Of a stretch of 64,000 nt of DNA, positions 38,826 through 47,748 are shown in pieces (position 1 is the stretch's first letter; every line of letters starts with the position of its first letter). The stretch covers positions 30,147-94,146 of the forward strand of contig JBEKTQ010000011.1 of NCBI GenBank assembly GCA_049515895.1. Direction: 5' to 3'. The translations under genes and the position numbers were made by a program. The stretch comes from Candidatus Bathyarchaeia archaeon (GTDB taxonomy: Archaea > Thermoproteota > Bathyarchaeia > Bathyarchaeales > Bathycorpusculaceae). The notes beneath the pieces were generated by a model. The model made no database searches and was not told the DNA's origin. It worked only from the letters and a program-made list of their open reading frames with translations.

Positions 38826-39788
38826 TCAGTTACCTCCGACTTGGATTGGCTTTTTCAGCTTGCTTAGTAGTACGACTCTGCTTTCCGGTGCTTCGTTAAT
38901 AATCATGTAACCCGTCTTCTCCGCTAGTTGCTTAGCAAAATCCACGACCTCCCCGTGCGTGGGCATGCGTTCAAAACCTAACCGCAGGTTTGAGAAACCG
39001 ATATGCATGTAGGCTTTTGCTTCAATGTAGGTCGGGTTGGCTTTCTCAACGAGTTTCGCGTACTCTTCTATGCGATTCATGTTTAGCTCTTTAACCAGTG
39101 TTGTTCGCAAAACCGTGGGGCACCGAAAGCTCTGCAGCAAGACAAGGGTTTCATTCAATTTTGCCCATGCACTCGGAAATTCTGGTCGGCAAACCAGCTT
39201 GTACACTTGCTCGTTTGGTGCGCATACTGAAATGTATAGTTGAGTGGGTTCTTTGCTGAGTTTAGAGAGTTTGGTGGGGAGGGTTCCGTTGGTTACGAGG
39301 AAAGTGGTTAAACCCTTCTGGTGAAAAGTTCGGATTAGCTCTCCAAGTGGTTCATAAAGCGTCGGTTCCCCAGTCAAGCTTATGGCAACCTGTTTCGGCG
39401 TCAGAGCTTCTTGGAATTTGCGCCAGTTCGCTTTTGTGTTCCCTTTGTACCCAGTTAAAATCTTTTCCTGCGCTTCAAAACATCCCTCAACAATCGATTC
39501 TGGGGAGTCTACTTTCGGAATTTTCGTTTCGTCCCAAGTAACTTGCAAGTCGCCGCTTTGCGCTCTCCAACAGAACAAGCATTGTTGGGTACAGTAGTAC
39601 AGGCTCGGCGTCATTTGGATGCATCTGTGCGATTTTATCCCGTAAAACTTCTCTTTATAGCAGGCTCTGCCGTTAACTATGGATTCGTAGAGCCACTTGC
39701 ACCTTTTAACCGCTGAGTGACTGCCCACCAAATGGTATTTTTGCTTCTTCAGGGCACTTGAAAGCATGATTGTAGTGTTTTCTTCCAA
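38826..39788 (-). CDS. taw1: Radical SAM 4-demethylwyosine synthase Tyw1/Taw1
   Basis: HSAVKRCKW, CYKEKFYGIKSHRCIQMTP, CTQQCLFCWR, AISLTGEPT, EAKAYM.IG, SRVVL. Confidence 0.95.
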   Translation of the reverse strand: MEENTTIMLSSALKKQKYHLVGSHSAVKRCKWLYESIVNGRACYKEKFYGIKSHRCIQMTPSLYYCTQQCLFCWRAQSGDLQVTWDETKIPKVDSPESIVEGCFEAQEKILTGYKGNTKANWRKFQEALTPKQVAISLTGEPTLYEPLGELIRTFHQKGLTTFLVTNGTLPTKLSKLSKEPTQLYISVCAPNEQVYKLVCRPEFPSAWAKLNETLVLLQSFRCPTVLRTTLVKELNMNRIEEYAKLVEKANPTYIEAKAYMHIGFSNLRLGFERMPTHGEVVDFAKQLAEKTGYMIINEAPESRVVLLSKLKKPIQVGGN

Positions 39789-40001
39789 CTCTTCACCGAA
39801 ATTAAGGTTACAAATAGAAAGTTCATTCTTTTAAGAATCCTGTTGCATGTGGTCACTTTTGAGCTTGAATCTCAGGTGATCTTGTTTGACTATGATGTGC
39901 CTTTTATTCGCGAGTTAAACGGCAAAGTTTAAAATCATCTCTTAATTAATCATGAGTCAATTACGGATGAGGGTACCTATCTTTCGGGAGAGCAGAGAGG
40001 T

Positions 40002-42149
40002 TTGAATAAAAAGATTATTTCAGCTGTCATCTTGATCTTTATGTCACTAGCGGTTGCTCTTACGCCCTTCGCTAATGTGCTGGGGCAAAATACTCAACTT
40101 GGTGTGAGCATTATACAGGTAGTTCCTGCGTCCGAAGCGAATTCACTCATCCAAGTTGCTAGTGTGTACAACGGATCGGCTGGTCAACCTTTTAACGTTA
40201 AGGGAACCATTTACTCCAGCAATGGTACCTACAACATAATAATGGGTAATACGATTGTTTCAAGTGGCACAGCTCAAGGATACTATGTTAACACTAACTT
40301 CACGGTTCCCCAACTTCCAGGCGGAGACTACAACTTCCTGATTGAAGACATCAAGCAAGGAAACTTGAACTCTACTGGTTCTACACCTGAGCAATTCTTA
40401 ATCACACCTGGCTACTCCGTAACGCCAGCCAGTTCATACAATCAGGAAGACAGCGTCGTAGGATTGACCGTCAGCATCACCGGAGGCAACTCTGGTCTAA
40501 GCTATGCAGCTAATATTACTGTTGTCCTTCCAAGTCCGCTTAACGGTAACTTCTCAGATTTGGTGACATTGGTTGCTAATCAAATTGGAACCGCATCTGC
40601 TCAAATTAACTTCCCAAGCGGCAACTTTCAATCGGGTGACTCACTACAGTTAAATGGTGTACCACCTACAGATTTTGCCGGCAATTATACGTTATATTTC
40701 AACATGACTCAAGCTTTAGCAAGTAACCAGTTTTCGGTGGGTTTCCTTGATACAACGACGTATCATAGGGGCCAAACCGCGGTAATAGCAGCGAAAGGTT
40801 ACACGGCTGGGCAGACTGCAACGTTCAGCGTTGCCAACGTGGCAACTGGTGAAAGCCTTACCTCCTTCCCAGTAACGGCTGACGCCAGCGGTATAGTGAG
40901 TAGAACATGGATAGTTCCCACAAGCTCAGCTGTAGGAAGCTACAAAGCAACAATCACCACTACTAGTGGCAACGCGAAATTGCTGCCAGATTCGCAGACT
41001 TTCTTGATTGTCGGGTACTCCGTCACTATCACAACATTAAACCTTGACGGCCAAGTAGTCCCCAACATACTCGTAAAAGTCCAAGATCAATACGCCAACA
41101 CATCATACAACAGCACAAGTGGTATCAACGGCTTGGCAAACTTCAAGTTGGAAGCTGGCCCCTACCTATTGACTGCCTCTTTTAAAGGTGTTAATATCGG
41201 GCAAACTAACATAACAGTTAGCGGCGCAGGGAACTTTAACTTCCCCTGTCAACTAGCTGACCTTTTGATTAGGGTTCAAAACGAAAATGGAACTGCAATG
41301 CCCTTCGTGAACTTAGCCATCAGCTACCAGTATAGTTCTTCTCAAACTGCGAACATCTCGGCTCAAACGGGTGTTTCAGGGACATACACCTTGAACTCAA
41401 CGTTAACTGGAATAAGCTACACCATTCAGGGTTCAATTTATGGTCAAGTGTTCAACTCAGGCAATGAAACCCTAAGCAACCTTCCGGCACAAGCCATCTA
41501 CCAATATGTGGTAATTTGTCCAACGGAGCAATTGGCAATCAACGTCGTAGGTTACAATAATGCTCCGATCTCTGGTGCAAGTATAAGACTCGTTGAATTA
41601 ACCAATGGCTTGTTCTACACCGCCACGACGGACAATTCAGGGACAGCTACTGCATCGCTTACCTTTGGAATATACAATCTTCAAATATTCCAAAACGGCA
41701 TTCTCCTCAACGAGACAACCGTGAAAGCTTTCAGTGCCGGCCAATACGGAGTACGTTGCACTCTATACGGCATTCAAGTCGCCGTGTCGGTTGTGGATTA
41801 TTTTGGTTCACCAATTTCAAACGCTAATGTCACCGTGAATGGGCCATCATCAGAACGATACTCCGCGATGACCTCAGGAAACGGAAAGGCCACTTTCAGT
41901 AACGTTATCGGTGGCAACTTGCAGATAGTCGCATTTGCCAAAGGCGCTGAAAGCAGCTATCAAGCTGTATCCCTAACAGTTGACCAGCCAACTTCTGTCC
42001 AAATAAAAATGAGCGGGTATGTAACCCTCGGATCACTCTTGATACCTACGACTGCACTGTTAACCTTAATCTTGATAGTAGTAGCGATAATCCTGCTGGT
42101 CATCGTTGAAATCTTCCTGCGAAGAAGGCGCCGTGTCACCGAAGTTTAA
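40002..42149 (+). CDS. Secreted, membrane-anchored surface protein with repeated beta-sandwich (carboxypeptidase-regulatory-like) domains
   Basis: Signal peptide; repeats V..NLDGQVVPNILV, VQNENGTAMPFVNL, VVGYNNAPISGASI, VVDYFGSPISNANV; many N-x-S/T sequons; C-terminal TM followed by RRRRR. Confidence 0.82.
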   Translation: MNKKIISAVILIFMSLAVALTPFANVLGQNTQLGVSIIQVVPASEANSLIQVASVYNGSAGQPFNVKGTIYSSNGTYNIIMGNTIVSSGTAQGYYVNTNFTVPQLPGGDYNFLIEDIKQGNLNSTGSTPEQFLITPGYSVTPASSYNQEDSVVGLTVSITGGNSGLSYAANITVVLPSPLNGNFSDLVTLVANQIGTASAQINFPSGNFQSGDSLQLNGVPPTDFAGNYTLYFNMTQALASNQFSVGFLDTTTYHRGQTAVIAAKGYTAGQTATFSVANVATGESLTSFPVTADASGIVSRTWIVPTSSAVGSYKATITTTSGNAKLLPDSQTFLIVGYSVTITTLNLDGQVVPNILVKVQDQYANTSYNSTSGINGLANFKLEAGPYLLTASFKGVNIGQTNITVSGAGNFNFPCQLADLLIRVQNENGTAMPFVNLAISYQYSSSQTANISAQTGVSGTYTLNSTLTGISYTIQGSIYGQVFNSGNETLSNLPAQAIYQYVVICPTEQLAINVVGYNNAPISGASIRLVELTNGLFYTATTDNSGTATASLTFGIYNLQIFQNGILLNETTVKAFSAGQYGVRCTLYGIQVAVSVVDYFGSPISNANVTVNGPSSERYSAMTSGNGKATFSNVIGGNLQIVAFAKGAESSYQAVSLTVDQPTSVQIKMSGYVTLGSLLIPTTALLTLILIVVAIILLVIVEIFLRRRRRVTEV

Positions 42150-42253
42150 GTCCGATTTCACCCTTGATAAGAAAAAAGTTTATATCTTTTCCAAAGAACA
42201 TAAAAGAAACAGGACAAAACAACAGCAACAAACTATTTTGATTTGACGTTGAG

Positions 42254-42553
42254 GTGTATCTATTGGCTCAATCAAAAGCTTGTTCTCCAACATGCAGCGC
42301 TTTTAAGTGCGGCAAAAACTCCGCTTTCAACCGGCGAGACTCCGTTTGGTGCAAATGGACCGAGGAACTGTGCGATGTCGCTGACTGCACTTACTCCATG
42401 TGCGTCAAAAGGCGGTTGCTACCGAGAGGAGTTTGCGGCGAAACCGTCAAACGGCAAACAGTTGAGAAAGACTTAGACGATGCCTTCTTCAGTGAAGCAA
42501 TACCGATTAAAGGAAAAGCTTTGCGCAAACTTGGGGACAAAGAAATATACTAA
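42254..42553 (+). CDS. Cys-rich hypothetical protein
   Basis: 8 Cys (CSPTC..FKC..WC..C..C..C..C). TATA TTTATAT at ~42179-42185. Convergent with rpoP. Confidence 0.72.
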   Translation: MYLLAQSKACSPTCSAFKCGKNSAFNRRDSVWCKWTEELCDVADCTYSMCVKRRLLPRGVCGETVKRQTVEKDLDDAFFSEAIPIKGKALRKLGDKEIY

Positions 42554-42609
42554 GATGGCGAAAAAAACGATAAAATGAGTTACTCGTGCCTAAACACGAG
42601 TATCCCCTC

Positions 42610-42771
42610 TTATTTTGACTGGACACGTTTAACTACAGGCGGCTTGATTTTCTTCAGGATCCTATACCCGCAGATTATGCATTTTGTCTCTCCGCCACGT
42701 AGGTCTAATTCTTCAGACGGTACTCTTGCCCCGCATCTCATGCACTCATAAACAATTCCTGATTTTTCCAT
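42610..42771 (-). CDS. rpoP: RNA polymerase subunit P (Rpo12) (not in ORF track)
   Basis: Hand translation MEKSGIVYECMRCGARVPSEELDLRGGETKCIICGYRILKKIKPPVVKRVQSK. GGAGAGG SD upstream. Confidence 0.93.
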   Translation of the reverse strand: MEKSGIVYECMRCGARVPSEELDLRGGETKCIICGYRILKKIKPPVVKRVQSK

Positions 42772-42849
42772 TGGAAACGCCTCTCCTACAAAGAAAAGTA
42801 TTTGCTTTTAAAGGTTTTCCAAATAAATTGTCTTTAAGAGGATAACTAG

Positions 42850-43716
42850 TTGAGACGCAGGCTTAAGGAAAAATTATCTGCCAGTATCTCACCCAAAGAG
42901 TTGAAGTACCTATACAACTCTTTCGACATAATAGGTGACATTGCAATCCTCAAAATAGCAAATGATGATGTCACCATTGCTGAAGCTGTGGCTAAACAAA
43001 TAATGGCTATCCACAGAAGTGTAAAAACTGTTTTCGTACAGACCAGTCCAATCATGGGGGATTTCAGGGTTAGAGAGCTAAAGCTGGTGGCGGGGGAAGG
43101 CAAAACAACCTGCAAATACAGGGAATCGGGCTGCGTGTTCGCCGTAGACGTTGAAAAATGTTATTTTTCGCCTCGACTTTCGTATGAGCGAGCACGAATT
43201 GCACGGCTTGTCAAAAGCGGCGAGACCGTAGTAAACATGTTTGCTGGAGTCGGGTGTTTCAGCGTAATAATCGCCAAAACCATGCCGCAGAGCAAGGTGT
43301 TCTCAATTGATGTTAACCCAACAGCATTCAATTACATGAAAGAGAACGTTAAGATCAACCGCGTTTATGGTAAAGTAACTCTATTGCTTGGCGACTCAAA
43401 AGACGTAATCAAAGCACAGTTGCAGGGCAAAGCTGATCGTGTACTGATGCCTCTACCTGAAAAAGCCCTTGAATATCTAGCATATGCAGTTTTGGCGCTC
43501 AAGCCATCCGGCGGCTGGGTGCACTTCTATGATTTCCAGCATGCAACGGGAAAAGAAAACCCTGTTGATAAAACAAAGCAGAATGTGGCCAAAAAACTCG
43601 ACAGCTTAGGGATTGGCTACAGTTTTCCTTTCTCTCGTGTAGTTCGAAGCACAGGTCCCAACTGGTACCAAACCGCACTGGATATCCAAGTCAATAATGT
43701 GCCAAGCAAGTTTTAA
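42850..43716 (+). CDS. Trm5/Taw2 (Met-10) family tRNA G37 modification enzyme
   Basis: FDIIGDIAI, G.FRVREL, YFSPRLSYER.R, NMFAGVG.F, ADRVLMPLP, GGWVHFY. Confidence 0.88.
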   Translation: MRRRLKEKLSASISPKELKYLYNSFDIIGDIAILKIANDDVTIAEAVAKQIMAIHRSVKTVFVQTSPIMGDFRVRELKLVAGEGKTTCKYRESGCVFAVDVEKCYFSPRLSYERARIARLVKSGETVVNMFAGVGCFSVIIAKTMPQSKVFSIDVNPTAFNYMKENVKINRVYGKVTLLLGDSKDVIKAQLQGKADRVLMPLPEKALEYLAYAVLALKPSGGWVHFYDFQHATGKENPVDKTKQNVAKKLDSLGIGYSFPFSRVVRSTGPNWYQTALDIQVNNVPSKF

Positions 43717-43752
43717 TAGCCTAGACATCAACTATTTGTTTTGTGATGGAGA

Positions 43753-44022
43753 TTGAAGCGTAAACTTATGGATATTTTGGCTTGCCCGATAGACAAGTAT
43801 CATCCCCTTGAACTCCATGTGTTCGAGGAGAAAGAAGAAATCGTAGAAGGTCTCATTGTCTGCCCGAAATGCCTACGCTGGTACCCGATAAGAGACGAAA
43901 TTCCCGAGATGCTCCCCGACGAACTTCGAAAAGAAACTGAAGACCTGCCCTTCTTAAAGAAATGGAAGGCAAAAGTTCCTGAGAAAATAGTCACCGAAGG
44001 AAAACCCTTCAGTTTAAAGTAG
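43753..44022 (+). CDS. trm112: Trm112-family methyltransferase activator
   Basis: LMDILACP.DK..L.L......I.EG.IVCPKC.RWYPI.D.IP.MLP. Confidence 0.9.
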   Translation: MKRKLMDILACPIDKYHPLELHVFEEKEEIVEGLIVCPKCLRWYPIRDEIPEMLPDELRKETEDLPFLKKWKAKVPEKIVTEGKPFSLK

Positions 44023-44026
44023 TTTC

Positions 44027-44977
44027 TTATCTTTTCAGGTTTACTGCCCTGTTCTTGGCTGAAGATTGCATGGCGGCTTCAGCGATTTCCAAGGCTTTAA
44101 CGCCGTCTTCTCCAGTTATGAGCGGCTTTTTCTTTTCAGTTATGCATTCAGCAAAATGTTGAAGTTCGCATTTAAGTGGTTCCTGGAATGGGTATCGTGG
44201 CTGCAAAGTTTCTTTTTGCTGTTCAATCCACATGTCTTGAGTGATATAATCTAGCCTCATTATGGCGTCGCTTCCCGTCACAGTTAAAGTGCGAGTTTTA
44301 TACGGTGTCAGCCAGTTGGATTCTATGAAAGCGCTTTCTCTGTTTTTGTATGTGAGCATTATGTGCGCGTAGTCTTCGAATTTGCGGTGTCTCATGCTTC
44401 CCATCTTCGCATAAACTGTGATTGGGTCCTGCTTGGAAATGAATCTCATGACGTCTATGTCGTGTATCGCTGTGTCCTTAACGACCCCGACGTCACCTAT
44501 ACGCTCAGGCCACTGTGAAACACGTTTCGCGGTGGCGCAGACTAAATCGCCGATTTTTCTTTTCTCAACTGCTTCACGGATAACCTGCAAGCCAGGTATA
44601 AACCTCATCAAGAAACCAACCGTTAAGACAAGACCGTTTTGCTCTGCTATCGCGCAAAGCCTTTCTGCCTGTTTCTTGTTGGTGGCCATGGGTTTTTCAA
44701 CCAGAACATGTTTGCCTGCTCTTAACCCTTTGAGGGCTTCTTTAGCTAGGACCGTTGACCATGTGCAGATGCTTATGGCTTCTATTTCCTTGTTTTTTAG
44801 CATGCGTGAGCTGTTGGTGTAAGCTTTTACACCATACTGGTCAGCGATGGCTTTTGCTCTTTCTTGGTCAACGTCACAAATTGCTATCAGTTCGGTTGAA
44901 GGCAACTCCTTGTAGATTCGGGCGTGGTTTTTTCCCCAGAAACCTGTGCCGATTACTGCAACACCAATTTTTCTCAT
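44027..44977 (-). CDS. Gfo/Idh/MocA oxidoreductase (UDP-sugar 3-dehydrogenase-like)
   Basis: VIGTGFWGKNHAR, HVLVEKP, DVGVVKDTAIHDID, NWLTP.K.R. Confidence 0.88.
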   Translation of the reverse strand: MRKIGVAVIGTGFWGKNHARIYKELPSTELIAICDVDQERAKAIADQYGVKAYTNSSRMLKNKEIEAISICTWSTVLAKEALKGLRAGKHVLVEKPMATNKKQAERLCAIAEQNGLVLTVGFLMRFIPGLQVIREAVEKRKIGDLVCATAKRVSQWPERIGDVGVVKDTAIHDIDVMRFISKQDPITVYAKMGSMRHRKFEDYAHIMLTYKNRESAFIESNWLTPYKTRTLTVTGSDAIMRLDYITQDMWIEQQKETLQPRYPFQEPLKCELQHFAECITEKKKPLITGEDGVKALEIAEAAMQSSAKNRAVNLKR

Positions 44978-44979
44978 TT

Positions 44980-46317
44980 TTACCCTGTTCCTTTTCCTAA
45001 TCCACGGTATATGAAGCCTTCTGCCTCTACTGCCTGGCGCTCGAAAGCACCTGCCAAATCCACGATGGCTGAAGGCATCTTGGTCATCGCTTTAAGCTTC
45101 CTTAAGTTCAGGTGTCTAACCTGTTCTTCACCCGTCAATATTACTATGCCATCAACGCCTTCCACAGCCTCATTTAAGCTGGTCTTCAGATCCCCTAATT
45201 CTATCGTGCTCCCTTTTGAGCTTGGGTCATAGAGGCTGGCTTTAGCGCCTTTCAGCGATAATAATTGGGCAAAAGCCACTGCGGTTGTGCTTGGGTTAAC
45301 CGTGCCTAAAACCGCAATTTTCGCTCTTCTCAACGTTTTGTTGCAACTTCGCAAGGCATCCTGCGTCAGATTAACCGCGTGTTTAACCATTTCCTCGTTT
45401 ATCTGCCTGGCTAATTTTGGCAGTCTAAGCTTGACATCAAGGTTCTCCGCGCTTTCAAGAAGCAGATAAGCTTCACTCATGTTTTCTTCGTCGTTGGTTG
45501 TGGGCCAAAAGCTCCGGTCATTGAACTCCAACAGTTTAGAAACTTTGAAGTAATCAGTGTTTGCACTTTCGCAGAAAACAGCCAATTCACTTGCCAAAGC
45601 CGTGTTCACATCCTGCCTTGCTGCTGCAAAAAGCGTCATTATTTCGGCTGTCTTCACGTCGTCTATTTGCTTTACATTCTTCGCGACTGTTTTCATCAAG
45701 TTAAGAGCCGCATCCTGGCCAGTTTTTCCTACTACAGCAACCTTCAAGTCCAAATCTGCGAATGGCTCAACAAACTGCTTGACTTGTGCGTTGTGGATCG
45801 GAATGTACGCTAAAACGAAATCTTGACCCGCTTTCAATCCTGACGTGTTCTCCAACGTTTCTTTCATAATTCCTCCAATAGACCCTAAACCAGCGACTTC
45901 ACCGTAAATAACTATCGTGCCAGGGTGCAGTGCCGCACCAACTTGCTTTAGAGTGTTTAATACTTCTGAATAATCCATTTTTTTCTTGTCGTCAACTTTC
46001 GGAGGGACAGTAACAATCACCGTGTCGCTACGAGAAACAGCCTTTTTTAATTCGCTTGTAACGTTTAACTGACCAGAATTGATCAGGCTTTTCATTTTGA
46101 CTTCAATTTCAAGTTGCCTGAAAGGTGTTTTTCCTTTCGCTAACTTTTTTACAACGCTCGGATCGGCATCTGAACAAGACACTTTGAAACCGGCTTGAGC
46201 AAAGGCGTACGAATACAGAATTCCCTTCCGCCCGCATCCTATAACGCAGGCTAAATATTTTGAACGCTTCTCAATCGTGTCAATCTCGTCTGGTCTCAAG
46301 TTCAGAAGGTTGGGCAT
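44980..46317 (-). CDS. UDP-glucose/GDP-mannose dehydrogenase-family homolog, catalytically degenerate
   Basis: Fold-level matches VIGCGRKG, LENTSGLKAGQDF, DVN.ALA.ELA..C, ARQINEEM, KIAVLG, YDP, IVD, YRGLG. Lacks ST, PER, K..EN and GGHC motifs. Confidence 0.75.
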   Translation of the reverse strand: MPNLLNLRPDEIDTIEKRSKYLACVIGCGRKGILYSYAFAQAGFKVSCSDADPSVVKKLAKGKTPFRQLEIEVKMKSLINSGQLNVTSELKKAVSRSDTVIVTVPPKVDDKKKMDYSEVLNTLKQVGAALHPGTIVIYGEVAGLGSIGGIMKETLENTSGLKAGQDFVLAYIPIHNAQVKQFVEPFADLDLKVAVVGKTGQDAALNLMKTVAKNVKQIDDVKTAEIMTLFAAARQDVNTALASELAVFCESANTDYFKVSKLLEFNDRSFWPTTNDEENMSEAYLLLESAENLDVKLRLPKLARQINEEMVKHAVNLTQDALRSCNKTLRRAKIAVLGTVNPSTTAVAFAQLLSLKGAKASLYDPSSKGSTIELGDLKTSLNEAVEGVDGIVILTGEEQVRHLNLRKLKAMTKMPSAIVDLAGAFERQAVEAEGFIYRGLGKGTG

Positions 46318-46347
46318 TCGCCGGTTTTCTCCAGGGCAACAAACTTG

Positions 46348-47715
46348 CTAAAGAGTTTTCAGGGTTTTTTCAAGCCTTGAACTGTAGTCTTTAACTAGCT
46401 TTAATGCTTTTTCTTGGTTTTTTGCCTCAGCGTACAGCCTGAACACGGGTTCTGTCCCGCTTGGTCTGATTAGAATGGCGCTCCCGTCGCTGAACCAGAT
46501 CTTAACTCCATCAATGGTGCTTATGTTTTCGCCTTTCACTTGCTCGAGCAGTTTCTGCAAAAGAACTTCTTTCTTCTCATCTGGGCAATCAATCTTTCCT
46601 TTCTCGATAAAGTATTGGGGTTGCTCAGCTACAAGAGCCGATAGTTTCAGTCCAGTTTGAGCCATTGTGTCAAGGAGCAAAGCGGTGGTCATTGCCCCGT
46701 CTCGAACGGCTTGGTGTGGACCATAGAAGATTCCGCCGTTTTCTTCTCCGCCCAATTTGGCATCCAACTCTTTCATTTTCTGCGAAACAGTGACGCTTCC
46801 AACTTTGGTCCAGATCAACTCGCCCTTGTAAGCTTCCACTGTATCCTTGATCAGCGTTGAAGAGCTCACAGGAGTGACGATTTTTGCGCCTGGGTTTTTT
46901 GCAAGAAATTGTTTTATAACTATCGCAAAAGTTTTGTCTCCCATGTAAATTGTTCCGTTCTGGTCGACAAAAATTGATCGGTCAGCGTCCCCGTCAAAGG
47001 CTACGCCAATGTCTGCTCCGATTGCTTTTACAGTTGCAGATAAATCGGTGAGGTTCTCAGGTCTGGGTTCAGGCATTCTTCCAGGGAAGGTACCATCGAT
47101 GTTGGCGTTGATGCTGGTTACTTTGCAGCCAAGTTCCCTGAGCAATTGCGGTCCCGTCAAGCCTCCAACACTATTAGCGGCGTCTACAACAACATGGTAG
47201 TGTTTTTCCGCAATTTTCTGCAGATTGACATGTTTTTTTATCGCCCGCACGTACTCATCGTTGATTCCAGGCTGATCCTGCACCGTGCCAAGCTTATCCC
47301 ATTCTGCGTAAACAATCTTGTTATCAAAGTAAATGTTCTCTATTTCGACTTCTTGCTCATGGGAAGTCTCAATCCCGTCGCTCCAAATAACCTTAATACC
47401 GTTGTATTCAGGCGGGTTATGCGAAGCCGTAATTATTACGCCGCCGTCCATCTTGTGATTTTTGACAGCGAACTGCAAGGCAGGAGTAGGCGCCATTCCA
47501 GCGAAGAACACGTGGCATCCTGTGGCAGTTAAACCTGAAATAACAGCTTTAGATAGCATACTGCCACTTGTTCTAGCGTCATGCCCAACAAGCAGGTTCT
47601 TTCTTCCGAAAAAAGTTCCAATAGCACAGCCGACTTTTATCGCCATTTCAGGAGTCAACTCAACGTTGACCAAACCTCGAATGCCGTTGGTTCCAAAAAG
47701 TTTTCTTTCGCTCAT
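46348..47715 (-). CDS. Phosphohexomutase (phosphoglucosamine mutase / PMM-PGM)
   Basis: LFGTNGIRG, ITASHNP, FDGDADR, GGEENGG, RPSGTEP. Confidence 0.93.
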   Translation of the reverse strand: MSERKLFGTNGIRGLVNVELTPEMAIKVGCAIGTFFGRKNLLVGHDARTSGSMLSKAVISGLTATGCHVFFAGMAPTPALQFAVKNHKMDGGVIITASHNPPEYNGIKVIWSDGIETSHEQEVEIENIYFDNKIVYAEWDKLGTVQDQPGINDEYVRAIKKHVNLQKIAEKHYHVVVDAANSVGGLTGPQLLRELGCKVTSINANIDGTFPGRMPEPRPENLTDLSATVKAIGADIGVAFDGDADRSIFVDQNGTIYMGDKTFAIVIKQFLAKNPGAKIVTPVSSSTLIKDTVEAYKGELIWTKVGSVTVSQKMKELDAKLGGEENGGIFYGPHQAVRDGAMTTALLLDTMAQTGLKLSALVAEQPQYFIEKGKIDCPDEKKEVLLQKLLEQVKGENISTIDGVKIWFSDGSAILIRPSGTEPVFRLYAEAKNQEKALKLVKDYSSRLEKTLKTL

Positions 47716-47748
47716 AAATCTCACTTCATTTTTTATTTAATAGTTAAT

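Noticed and set aside
42010-42149. Surface protein C-terminus as archaeosortase substrate
   Set aside because: TM and basic tail are present, but there is no PEF/PEFG/PGF-type motif before the helix.
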